A DNA stretch of 52,304 bases, from NCBI GenBank assembly GCA_018398765.1, contig JAHBMJ010000294.1:1-52304 (forward strand). Direction: 5' to 3'. Origin of the DNA: Chromera velia (Eukaryota). The notes under the pieces were generated by a model, which worked only from the letters and a program-made list of their open reading frames with translations, was not told the origin of the DNA and made no database searches. Shown here in pieces: positions 23,382-35,800 of this stretch (its first letter is position 1; every line of letters starts with the position of its first letter). The position numbers were made by a program, and so were the translations under genes.

Positions 23382-24029
23382 ATGACTTCCTTTCATACAA
23401 CTTTGTCTCTGGCAGCATTGTTTCTCTTCTCTCTGTTCGTCTGTGGGAAGACCCAAGACAAGAGATCCGTGCACGTCGTTAATATGATTGTGTGGAGCAC
23501 AACCAACGAAGATCTCCGTGAGATGTTCAGTCAGATCGGCACTGTGGAGAGTGCTGAGGTGCAGCGGGAGGCCGATCGCCGCTCCAGAGGCTACGGCATT
23601 GTCATTTTTCAGTCTCTTGAGGAGGCCCAAGCAGCTGTTCTCGAACTTAACGGCATAGAGCTGGACGGCAGGACTATTTTGGTTAGACTAGAGAGGTCCG
23701 GGCCCAAAGAGCCGGAACGCCCTTCTTGCCGGGGCCCCCTTTCAAGAGACCAGCTGCCCACTGAAGAGACTGCCGGTTCCTCAAGGTCTGTGCATGTCAC
23801 AAATGTTGCCTGAAACACAGGCGACGAAGCTCTTCATGAGATGTTCAGTCATGTCGGCACTGTAGAGAGTGCTGAGGTGCAGCGGTACGCCGACGGCCGC
23901 TCCAAAGGCTACGGCATTGTTGTTTTCCAGTCTCCTGATGATGTCCAAGCAGCTCTTCTCCAACTCAACAAGACAGAGCTGGAGGGTAGGACCATCTTGG
24001 TTAGAATCGCCGGAGAGGAGGCGGGCTGA
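23382..24029 (+). pseudogene. Intronless two-RRM (Gbp2/Hrb1-like) gene with signal-peptide-like N-terminus and in-frame TGA at 23811-23813
   Basis: RRM1 has RSVHVVNMIVWSTT...RSRGYGIVIF and RRM2 has RSVHVTNVA*NTG...RSKGYGIVVF. ORFs 23382 and 23841 are in the same frame. Confidence 0.75.
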
Positions 24030-24993
24030 AGAAATCGGCAGACTTCCCGGCCCCCCCTCTTTTCCCATTTGGGTTCAAGAGTGGAAAAGAAACGAATGGG
24101 CGACGGAGTAGGTACTGAAGGAGGGAAGGCTCAGGCGTACTCAAAGAAAACTCACCCGGAAAGGTGACGCTGTAGAAAAAGAGGAGGTCTGCCTATCATT
24201 ACACTGCGAGTCCGATTGATAGACGTGTGGCATACCACCGGAGGGGTTAGAGAGAAAAGAGAGAGAGAGAGCCTAGGAGAGAGCCGCCTCACAAACTCCA
24301 GGAGTGACTGTCCATTAAGCTAATGGCATTCTTGCTGCAAGATACAGGGATAGAAGGAGAGGGCGAAGCAGCCGAGGAGTATCACTGACAGTCTTGGAGT
24401 GTCTCTGGTGCATGTGTTTTTTTAAAAAAAGTATGTTTGTTTGTGTAGATTTTAGAGCGCTTGACTGCACGCCAGGAGCCTGGCAGAGGCCGAAGAGAGG
24501 GGAAAGGAAGGGAAGAGCAGAAACGGTCTGATCGATTAATTGATTGATTGATTGCCGATGATCAGAAGAGCCTTCTTTCTTCTCTCCCTTTTTTTCTTGC
24601 TTCCTTCGTCAAGCCTTACTGAGATTGACCCATGCGACCTGACTCCTGCATAAGATTTCCATCCTTGCATATGTCTCCAGAATCTCCGGGGCGGTGCATA
24701 TTGGGATTTTAGAAATGTTGTATCTAAGCGAGAAGGAAGAGGTGTAGGTGCCAAACCACTCGAAAGCGACGTTCAGTTTCAAAAGTTTCTTCTACACCGT
24801 CCAGGGGAAGGAGGGGCCTCGATCTAGGCCTCAATCTGACTTTCTTCTTTTTTCTTTTTTTTTCTTTCCGAGTCTGCTGTCACTCTACTGCATGTCTGCA
24901 ATGAGTCACGATGTTTATGGAGGGAGGAGTCATCGCCTCACAGCTATGAGACATCATTAATACGATTCATCATAGCGTTGAGAGAGGGGCAGC

Positions 24994-26603
24994 TAGTGAC
25001 CATGTTTGATTTAATTATATTTGATTTGATTTGATTTGATTTGATTTGAGCTTCAACCTCAAATATTTGATATTTGAGGTAAGATTTGAGGTTAACCTCT
25101 TAGGGTTCCTCACTGAGTCACTGACTTACTGTCACTCTGATCATTTTTCTCATGACAATAGTTATCAGAACATTTCTGATGTGTGTTTCAAAAATTTAAA
25201 AAAATATATACAAAATTATAACTTATCAGTTCTGTAAAAAAAATATGCCTGTATGGCAGTGTATATATACTAGTTACTGAGACTCACTCTAGTACTAATA
25301 GAGATTAAGAACGTAAAATTGATAGTAGATTTGAAATTGCATATGACTTTTTGTTGATACGATAAAGTTAGAACACGTACCAAAATTGAGATGACAATCA
25401 CTCAGCTTTATGGCACTTCCTTTTGCTCTTCTTCATGATCACTTTCTTTAATGTGAATCGAATTGATCGGTGGTGGGAGCTGCTGAGAGTTTTTTCTCTG
25501 GCTTTTCGGCTTTCCAGGAGTGGGTGCTCCTGGGCTTCTATTCGGTTGCAGAGAGATGACAACGGGGTGAGACGGAGAACCGCGCACACGTTTGCTATTG
25601 CTATTGGTGTTGGAACCGTCCTGTTTCTGGGCAGCTAAGTATACAGAGTTGGTAAGTTCGGCTACCTTCTATGCTGCGCCAGGGCCAACAACAAGCCCCT
25701 TGTGTTGGAGGTGAATATAGAGAGGTCGGTAGCCTTCCTCACAAGGAGTGATGACTTTCTCAGGAGCGGGAAGTTTCCCCCTAGCCTTCTCAGCATTTGC
25801 GTCTGCGGCCGCCTCCTTTAGTTTCAAATTGGTCCTCCCGCCGGGCCTTGCAGGAGCGGCCCCCCCTCCAGCACTGTCAGCAGCCCCCCCGTTGCCTGTT
25901 CCCTTGCCTTTCTGGAACTGCTCCACACCGACAGGGAATGGAGCAGCTGCACATGTTTATCAAACGTGATTATCAAGCCATGCTGATTAATGAGGTGGGT
26001 TTGAAAAGAACTGGTTGCCGCTGCTGCATACTCATGGCCACAAATAGTTTCTCCTTCCCCCTTGGCTCCTTGTATTTTCACCCGACACTGAATCACATTT
26101 GCCCCCTTTTGCACGGACCATATTTTTTTTGCGTACCCGGCTCTAAAAACAAATACCTCCTTCTTCCCGTTCGACCCTGTCGGATTGTGTGACATGTCTT
26201 TACGGGGTGTAAAATGTTTGCAGACGCTCAAAAAGGGGGCTGTAAAAGATGTTCCAGCACCAGAAAAGTCAAAACAGCTGTTTGGGAAAACGTTCAGCTG
26301 ATTGGTTTACCTGTGTATGAAGTAAAAGAGGGTGAAACATCAATTTTAGTGCAGCTCAAAACGTTTTTTTTTGAGAGCAAACCATCAAGATTTAGATTTT
26401 TTTATTTGAATCAGCATGCGTGACGGATTGGTACTTGCAAAAGTTTTTTTGGGACCTTCATATTTGAGGTTGAAAGTCATATTAATCAAATATTTGATCG
26501 TATTTGATAGGTCTTTTAACACTAGGTCCTCCCTGACTGGATATTTGATTTGAGCTTAAGCCCTACCTCAAATCAAATCAAATCAAATCAAACATGGTCA
26601 CTA
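24994..26603 (-). mobile_element. Non-autonomous hAT DNA transposon (1,610 bp) with BED zinc-finger remnant
   Basis: TIRs TAGTGACCATGTTTGATTT / AAATCAAACATGGTCACTA. Perfect 8-bp TSD GGGGCAGC (24986-24993, 26604-26611). Subterminal (ATTTG)n arrays. Confidence 0.92.
25824..26231 (-). pseudogene. BED-type zinc-finger ORF (transposase N-terminal remnant)
   Basis: KIWSV...VIQCRV...ICGHEYAAAATSSFQTHLINQHG fits the W...C...C...HL...H BED pattern. No DDE domain is visible. Confidence 0.7.
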
Positions 26604-26639
26604 GGGGCAGCGGCAGCGGCCGCAATCGGGTAGAAGGAA

Positions 26640-27690
26640 GAATGATCAGCCTTTCCTAATGGATAAGGCAGGGTCGTGGGAAGGCATGGAGAGCCCATAG
26701 AAGTTTAAGACTGCAGTCGTATCAAATCTAGGGGTTGATTGTTGTTCTTATCTTTAGGGCTTCTTGTTAACTATCTACTATTCATTATATAATCTAGTAT
26801 ATAATTAAATTGATACCAGATTGATACCTATCTAGGATACCTATAGACTGATATATATGTGCTTAATTATGCAGTGTATTGTGAGTCCTTGACTGGGATG
26901 ACGATTTTCTTTTTCAACCAGCCGCTAGATCAGCTGACCAACCCTGCAAAGACCTATAACAATTTAGGCAGGAACTTAGATACGAATCTAGAGGAATGTT
27001 TCTAGAAGAATTTAGACAAGAATTAGAAGGAATTTAGACAACGTAATAGACGTCTAAAATTCCTAAACTTTGGGGGTCAATTAAAATTCTCATAAACCCT
27101 ACTACCCTAGCATAAACCATAATCATAGTAGGGGGCGACCTCTATAAAAAAAAGATAGAAAAAACGGCAACAGTGCTCTAGAGCGGCAATAAATCACTAT
27201 TTAGCACTATTACTAAGATTCATGCAAAAATCAAAATATTTTGACGATATACTCTAAGATATAGTTTTGACTGGCAATGACTGCATATGTGTAGTTTCAA
27301 CTAGAATTTTAATTTTAAAAAATTAAGTGTTTAAGAATTAAATGAGAAAAAATAAAAAATATACATGTAGTAATTTATTTAAGACCTGAATGTATAGTTC
27401 AGTTTAGCTTTGGACCTAAAGTGAAATCCGAATCATTATCCGATGTAGAGATTAGTGCAGAGATGATTGCTGAGATGACAAACCCAAATTCTAGCCCAAA
27501 TTACATAAGCAGTATTCCGACCTATAGTACTCCAACAAGTTCCAGGATAAAGTACTATCCGATAATCTAGATTCTAATGGGGGCGCTCTTCAGATCCGCT
27601 TGAAAGCCTGTTTTTCTCAACACACTGGGCGGCTATTTTTTTGTCCTCTTTAGTTCACTCAGAGGACATGAGTAATTGGTAATTATCTCT
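26640..27690. mobile_element. AT/TpA-rich degenerate repeat relic
   Basis: No ORF of 60 aa or more over 1 kb. Dense TAG/CTA/TAA while TCCGA words survive. Termini not resolved. Confidence 0.4.
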
Positions 27691-27835
27691 TTACACTCCA
27701 ACAATAGTAGAAAAGACACCAATGAATGAGGAAAAGCAGAAGATTTTCAGACACACCCTGGCACATGGCAGAAGGAAAGAAACGACGACAGGATCCGAGT
27801 GAGAAAAGAGACCTGTCCAACCCCCTTTCTGGCCG

Positions 27836-28304
27836 TTACTGATGCTGTTCTGCAGGCATTGTTTGTCCCTGAGCCGCTCCGGCTGCCGCCTCAGTCTGAG
27901 GAGGCACCGCTGCAGGAGGGGCGACTGGAGGGGGAACGACGGGTGGCGGCGCCTGCTGATGCTGAGTCTGCAGCGCGGGAGGCGGAGGTAAAGGGGACGA
28001 GGGCCCGCCACCTGCCCCTCCCCCCACAGCTTCTGCTGCTGCCCCCACCCCTGCCGCAGCGTGCGGCTGTTGCTGCTGCTGCTGCGTCGGACTGCTTGGA
28101 TGAGGATGATTTGCCTGAGGCTGCGGTGCAGGGGGGGACGGAGACGCCGGTGCCCCTCCTCCCGCTGAAGAGACACCCGTCACGCCACCTACCCGCCCAG
28201 CTTGCCCGGGAAACGACCGGCCGTCCTTCATCCGAACCTGAGCATCTTTATGCACAAGACAGAGTTCATGCATACAAATGTACAATGAGCATGAAAATGC
28301 GCAG

Positions 28305-28339
<35 letters not shown>

Positions 28340-29056
28340 CAGCACGTGTACGCAAAGGAAACGCTTGTGGGATGCACGCATCGCAGTTGCCTCTTGGATT
28401 CTGCCCCCTTTCCATCTGACGGACGCGAAGCGTGCGAATGGCCCGGAAAGCGAATTTTCGGGCGTTCGCAGCTGCGAGGTCCTGGGTTCGAGCCCCTGCA
28501 CCCTCACTTTTTCGTCCAAATTTACGAGGAAATCATGCATGCATGCCCAGCCAGCCACGCGGTCCCCGTGCAATTGTTTTTAAGTGCCGTCCAGAGCTTC
28601 GCTTTCCGGGCCACAAAGGCAAGAAAAGCGAACAAAATTAGGGGGGCATCGATCGATCAGAAGGTCCAGCAGAAAGGGATGGACGGGAGCCCCCTCACCA
28701 TGCACATGTATGTATGGATACATATGTTTTACCCTACAATGCAAAAGCATGCGCACAAAGCTAAAGAAAGAAGGAAAGACGCAGGCAAGCACAGCAACAA
28801 GAAAGGGAACGAGTGAGAGTAACGTGCCTCCAGAATTGCGTTCTCCTGCAGATTTAGGTCAAACGGGTTCTTCTCCTGGTCAATCTCGTCGCCCTGCATG
28901 CATGCAATGCGTACGGACGGAAGTAAACAAACACATGGACTGACTCTTTTGAGATCCTTGAGAAGTAGAGAATCGGTTGACGGTGCGTCTGTTGCGAAAA
29001 CTGAAGACAACGAGTGTTCTCTCTCTCTTTCTCTCTCTCTCTCTCTATCTATCTCT

Positions 29057-29119
<63 letters not shown>

Positions 29120-29847
29120 GAAGAGGAAGGAAGGAAGAGACGAAGGAAGAAACAGAGAAAGAGGAAACGGACCTCAAAGAACAACCTGATGTCTGCAGAC
29201 CTCACCCCGACGTTTCTGCTGTAGCTCTCAACCAGCTTCCTGCATGCAGTGACGCACAAAGAAAAATGCCCACATGGAACCGCATGCGTTTTGTGGCATG
29301 ACCATAAGAACACTGATGGAATCTCGTCATCCTAGGTTGAAGGACAGGCACCAAAGGGGTGTAGGAGGTCACAACCAGCTTCCAACCACGGCAGAGCAGA
29401 GCCATCAATCAATATACCGCTGGACGATTCGCAATAAACGAATAGAGCCAAACCCCAGCCAGACGGAGCAGAAGGAAGAAGGAGAAAAACAAAACAGGAG
29501 AAGACGAAGCACGGACACAACATGGCAAAGACTAAAGAAAAAAACCTATGGGGAAACACACACAGAGACGCAATGGAAAACCGTCCGAAACCAAAAAACA
29601 GGAGAGAGAGATCCTTTCACATTCCAACTCTCTCTTTCACCCGACAGACTGAAAGGGGAAAGGTGCGCGCATCACTTTTCGTTCTGCCGATTCTCTTTCG
29701 ATCAAAAAACGCCCGACTTCTACTCCATCTCGGTCACTCCGGTGCAACCGCCATCCCTCACCCCCGACTGACGAGAAAGGCGTCGTCACGGCAGCGTTGA
29801 AGCGCAGTCGGGGAAGCTCTGGCATCTGGATACCTGCAAGCACGCAT

Positions 29848-29887
<40 letters not shown>

Positions 29888-32800
29888 GCTTGAATGCATC
29901 TCACTTTGTGGACTGGCAGAAATATCACGCGACAAGAAGCTCCGTACCCTCCCAATGAGAGGGTGCGCTTCAGAGAGACTGACTTTGCTGCCAGTCCTTT
30001 CACAGACAGGCCGCCTGACTTCTTTCATGTTTTTTTTTCAATACAAACAGCATTCAAACGGGCAATCACAAAAGAACGAACACACAGGCGGAGGACAAAG
30101 AGACGGACAGACAGCCAGGCACCCACAAACCCGCCCCCCCCGACCTTGAATGAAGAGCGAGACCCAAATCTTCTCTGCGTATTGAAGGGAAGACATCACC
30201 ACCACCTCCACCTTCACACGCCCACCCATACAATAGTCGACAGGGGCTAGGTCAGGAATCAGCTGCAGCGTTCGTGCCAGGAGGAAGAACAAACACGTAA
30301 GAGGAGGGGGAAAGCAAGCAAAAAATTGAACCTTCACAGAAACAAAGAAGTACGGCCCAAACTCAATCACTTTGTCAGATGAGATCGAGACGAAGGACGC
30401 GATGAGCAGGGGGCGAGACGGAGAAGAATATAATCAGTGTGCGTATGGCTGCAGGAAGTGAATAGAGAACAGTGCTGAACAAAGACACAGGCTCAAGGTA
30501 TACTGAAGTAGCTTGGTGGTGAATAAGTCTGCGTGACACTGGAGCACGGCAAGGCGAAGCAGAGAAAGACAGACAGACGGTCTTTCTATGAACCGACAGA
30601 CAGACTGACCACTTCCTTGCCATCTCTCCATCTGAGCTCGAGGACTTTCTTGTTCACCTCAGGGTGCATGCTCTGGTAGTGCCTCAGGATCTTCCTGCAA
30701 ACATCGACCCACGCATATGTTGTTCAGTCTTGCTTGCGCGGCTTTCTTTCTTCGTAATTTCTCACTACAGAGCACCCGCTTTTTGCACCTCCTGATTCCC
30801 TCCCACGAGCGCCAAGACTACCGGCGAGCAATGAAGAACCGACCAACACACTGCATGAGAAAATGATTAGAAGAGAAAGGAAGGGCCAAATAAAAGCAAA
30901 CCGAAGAGTAGAACAAAGGGAAGATCGAACCGTCAAGAAAAAGATACAGAAGGTGTCCGAGCAAGAAAAAGGACAAAACAGAAGAAGTAAGGAGCAAAAA
31001 GTCGACAAAGAATATCAAGGAGAATCGATACTAAGGGAAGAAAAGAAAGAACCCCGACATGACCTGAAGGGCATCGCCGTCTGCACTCTGAAGAAGACAC
31101 TGTTGCTGTTGGCCCTCTCCACGCACACCTCGATCATTGCGCTCTTCTCACTGGGCGAACCCCCGCCTGTCATTTCAGCACCTGCAGGCAGACAGAGAAG
31201 AAGCAGAAAAGCTTGTGTGTATGTTATTTGAACGATGCAGATCCGTAGACAAAACTCTCCTCTCAGAGATAAGTTTCTCATTTCGGCCCCTACACGCACA
31301 ACCTCACACCGGAACACGGCAGAACAAAAGAGAAAAGCAAGGCAGCAATGCAAGCAAAGGAAAACAGAGAGAAAGAGAGAGATCGAAAGGACTGACGGAC
31401 CTACCGACCTGGGGTGAGGCCCATCTCGGGTTTCTTTCCGAAGGCGCGGGTCAGCTGCACGAGCAGATGGGAGGGCGGAAGGAAGAAGAGAAAGCACGCA
31501 GATACTCTTCGTTGTACTGCGTCATTCTTGTAGTGACTCGTCTCTGTGCCTACGGATATATTACTATAGACCTGTGAATATATGAAGAAACACATGGAGA
31601 CATGATGAATTGCCAAATGATTCAGAGGCATCGTATGTCTTCGTGTTTGGTTCTGCTTTTTGGCAGGCAGATACAGGGGGGACTCCTCTCCCCCCCGCTT
31701 CCGATTTCCACTTCCTCTCGGTCCGTACGTGTGTGTTGTAACGCATACCCGCTCCTTTCCTGCCTCTCTCTGTCTCTTTTTTTAATATCTTGCAGCCTCC
31801 ACTTCAGACTTCCCCTCCCCTCTGTTCCTCCCCGCCCAACCGTCTTGCAGAGTGCCGCGTGGTTTGCGGAGGCGAAGATGAACTTCTTGGCCTTCTGGCA
31901 GATCGCGGAGAGGAACTGGATGACCTGCACGAGAGGGGGGAGGGAGGGAAATAGAAGGGAACATGTGAAGAGATAGAAAGGGAACGGACCGACTGAGTGA
32001 GTGACGGCATCAATCCACAAGCAAAATCATACACTCAGAAAGGGAACGCGATGAAAGGAGAAACGGAAAAGACCGAGTGGGATGGGCAAAGGAAGGTGTC
32101 GAGTGAGGGCAAGCGATCCAAAAGACAGGTGTAAACAGAGACGCTAGCGAACAAACAAACGAACCCACAGAACAAACAAACAAACAAACGAACGCACACA
32201 ACAAACAAGCAAACAAACGAACGAATGAAGGTACAAACGAACGCACAGAACGAATAAACAAACAAACAAACGAACGCACAGAACAAACAGAAAAACAAAA
32301 AAAAAGACCCACATGTCCCGTCACTGCGCGTCCCCCATCCTCGGACTGCAGAGGGACTTGAGACAAGTCGACCTCCCGAGCTCGTGAGAGGAACGCCACG
32401 ATCAGAGGAAGAACTCCCGGTTTGCACTCTGACGGCTGGAGCCGCAGACATGTGGAGTAAGAAAGGAGAATCGCCTTCGACGCACAGCTGCAGACAGTCA
32501 CAACAGAGAAACCATGCGTTCTTTCACAGGACTGCTGCTGTGCATAATGCCGAAAGCACAGATAAAGCCACCCCCATGAAGTGAATGAAATCAACCAAAA
32601 GGAAACTCGAGCTCCTGCGGTGCCAGACGAAAGCACAAATGCACAGGGACCTGCTCTACACACTTGCTCAAATACACGCACACGAAGACAAACAGACCCA
32701 CCTGGAGCAGACTCTGCGGAGTCGCGCAAAATCAGGCAGAGACAGGAATGAGGCGATGTATCCCCCCACGCCAAGAGGGATCACCCTCTTTCCTCCCGCT

Positions 32801-35800
32801 CCAAAGGAAAGGAAGACTGAGGGTGCCGCCCTCCCACTGCTGCTCTCATCCACGCACGTGGCCTTCCTGTACCTGTGCGGAGGCCACACTACGAACCGAC
32901 GGCACGCCAGGCCGACAGGGTATCCGGCAGGGGGCATGTTCGGCTGTGTGAGTGGATACGGGTGGTGGAGGGTGTTGTGTCTGAGTCTCCGGGTTCCGTA
33001 GAAGACAGAAGTCCTGCACGCACGCGTGCGTGAACGAAAAACAAAAGCTGAGGTCACGCTAAGTCTCTTGCTGTCCTGATGAATTCTGTTTGGCGAGGCG
33101 TGTCGTATGGCGTGCCTCCCTCTGCTGTTCATGCTGTTTGTTTGGGAGTGAGGCCAGGACGGAAGCTTGCAGACGGACTGAAAAGTGGAGATGCACAAAA
33201 GAATAACAAAGAACGCTAACGCTGAAACAGCACACGATTGAGACAGAGAACAGACCAAAGGAAGGACTGGAAGACTGGAAGCGAGAGAGTCAAACTGAGA
33301 CACGACGCCTCTCTGTGTCAGCCAAGCAATCCCCCCCGACTGACCAGAAATGTTGTCTGGCCACGCGTATGTGTTCGGGTTGTCTTCTCATCGGTGCGGG
33401 GAATGGCATAGGCAACACCGGGTTGTTCGTCCTCAAAACGTCCAGGGCATCGTCGAGGCAGTCCTCGTGCCTCTGCATGGTGCGGAGTGCAGACTGGACA
33501 CTTCGAAAAGAGGGTTTGTCTCTGTCGTCCCACACATTCTTCAACATACGGTGACGTTCGAGCAAGTCCGAGGAGGCATTATGGATAATTCTCAAGGCTC
33601 CCTCAAGAGATGTTGACCCTGTGATGTGTTCAAACATCGGCATTTTGGGACCAGGCTCCAAGGGGGGAAGGTCTCTGTCAAGCTCCTCCTCCTTCCCCAA
33701 GGCCTGTGCCTCCGCTTCCTCTGCCCCGCGTCTCTCCCGTCTCCTTTTCAACGCCTGCCGTCTCCTGAACTCGACAGTGCGGTGGAAGTCTGAAGGGGTA
33801 GGGCGGGGGGTCGGGGGGTCGTTTTTCCACCAGTCATCGTCGTCTTTTGTGTGGGACCGTCCGAAGAGGTTGGGCACACCTGACTTCTTGCCCTCCTGCA
33901 GAGACCTTCTTCTTCTCTCAATCAGGGTCGGAAGGACCATGGGCAGAGAATGGGACGCAGAGGAAGAGGATGCTACTGCTGCGGTGACGGCGCGAGCAGG
34001 GGGCGCAGGGGGAGAAGAGGAGACGGAGGGGAAGGCAAAGGACTTCGGGCGGGGTTTCCGACGCCACTTGTACCTCTTCTGCTGCTGTTCTGCAGCACCC
34101 GAAGAGGCGACTGCCGTCACACCTGTACCTGAAGCACTGGCAGCAGCAGCACTCGCAGGAGACGGAAGCAAATTGGGGGGCAAGGGGTGAAGAGGAGGAA
34201 GCTGAGCCTCCGCCTCGGCCTGGGCATCTGCCCCTGCCTGCTCTCCTTCGTCTGCCTTTTCGTCCTCCTGTGCCGCTGTAATCTCTTCCAACGACGCACC
34301 CCCCCTTTCCCTGGACGGCAAATTTCCCTCCGATCCCCGGAATGAGACGCGGCGCGCCCCGTCCCGGAAGACCACTTTCTCAGCCACGGCAACGTTTCTT
34401 GGAGCGAGTGCGAGGCTGAAAAGCGAATGGAAGTTCACCACCGGATTCAACGGTACATCATACTCTCCTGCGACTGCGTGGAAGGTCTTGACGTCTAGTT
34501 CGTTCCACAGGGGGGAAACGCCAGGGCCCCGCTTTCCGACAGCACACGAGGGCACGGACCCTCCGAAAGAGGATCCTCCAGAGTGTTTTGCCTTCTTTCT
34601 CATGATGGTGCTGCGGCAAGAGCCGAAGATGGTCTTTTTGCAGAAGGGACAGGTCGCCTCGAATTTTTCCTCTTGGACTAGGTGGCATCCCTGGGTGGCG
34701 CCTGAAGCGCTCTTGAACATCGAATGATGAAGTCGTGCGGTGAGGGGTTTGGGGGGGTGTTTGAGCTTGGGCGGGGGGGCACTGGGGGGTTTGGCGGGTC
34801 CGGGTGTGACTTTTCTATGGGCAGTCGCGCCGAGGAGGGAGAAGGGCGTCCATGGAAGGGGAGAGGGAGACGGGAGGAGGCCGTCAGACAACCAGGAAAC
34901 TCCTGGGGGTGGGGGTGGGGGTGGGGGGGAGTTTGAATGTGAGGATGTGTGCGGAATGAAGGAAGTGTCGATTCCGAGGGGCACGAAGGAGGGAGGATGC
35001 AAGATGGGGGGGGGGGAATTGTCTTCTCCTTCTTTTCCGTTTTCGTTTTCGGAATCCGAATCGGATCCGTCTCCCTCCTTCGCCTTCTCCTTCTGAAGTC
35101 GGGCACTTCGCCGGGGTGGTCCCTTTCCTTTTTTTGATGCAGACAGTCCTTTTGGAGCTTTCTCTTCGCCTTGTCCTCCCTTTCCCTTGCTTTCTCCTCT
35201 TTTCTGCATCTTTTGACGTTCTGTTTCTTCGGCACTTTTCTTGCCTACTCTCTCGGAGAGTCTTCTTGAAAAGGAAGAAGCAGCAAGATGAGGGTGAGGG
35301 GGTGAGGGTGATCTCGATTTGGTTTCTTTGTCCCCTTCTGCGGAATGTTTCTGCAGCCCCTTTCCTTTTCCTTTCCGAGAGGACGGGGCTGCCTGTCCTC
35401 CTGTTTTCTCTGCCACTTTTCCCCCTTCCCCCTTTTCCACAGAGTCACTCTGAGGGACAAAAGTGACTCCTTCTGCAGTGATCTTCGGCATGTACGAGAT
35501 CCCACAGCAGGAGACGGGCTGGCACTGTTGGCGTTTTCTGATCAGGGAGGCCGTTTCTGTCGACCCCGGGCTTTTTGCCAACAGGGGAAGCGTGACGTCC
35601 CCATGACTTCCAAACGAGACGTGCTCCCTCGCCTTCGCCCCACTGATCAAAGGCTCTCGGCGTTGCAACTCACTGCACGAGGCGTAGAGACCCAGACGAT
35701 CGGCTGCAGGCCAGCCGGGCGTGTTTCGGACGACTGCTGAGATGAGTGTGGGCGTGATGGGAGAATTTGTGAGACAGGCTTGGAGGTACGAGTAGTCTCT

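Noticed and set aside
23811..23813. Selenocysteine codon
   Set aside because: The position aligns with Trp, not Cys, and no SECIS element could be identified.
28200..28250. Sm/LSm-like motif VRMKDGRSFPG
   Set aside because: It is an isolated match that directly continues the last strand of SUMO-like domain 2. The rest of the Sm fold is absent.
32596..32650. Extra candidate exon after the F-box
   Set aside because: Including it shifts the next exon out of the LRR-like frame and breaks downstream phase.
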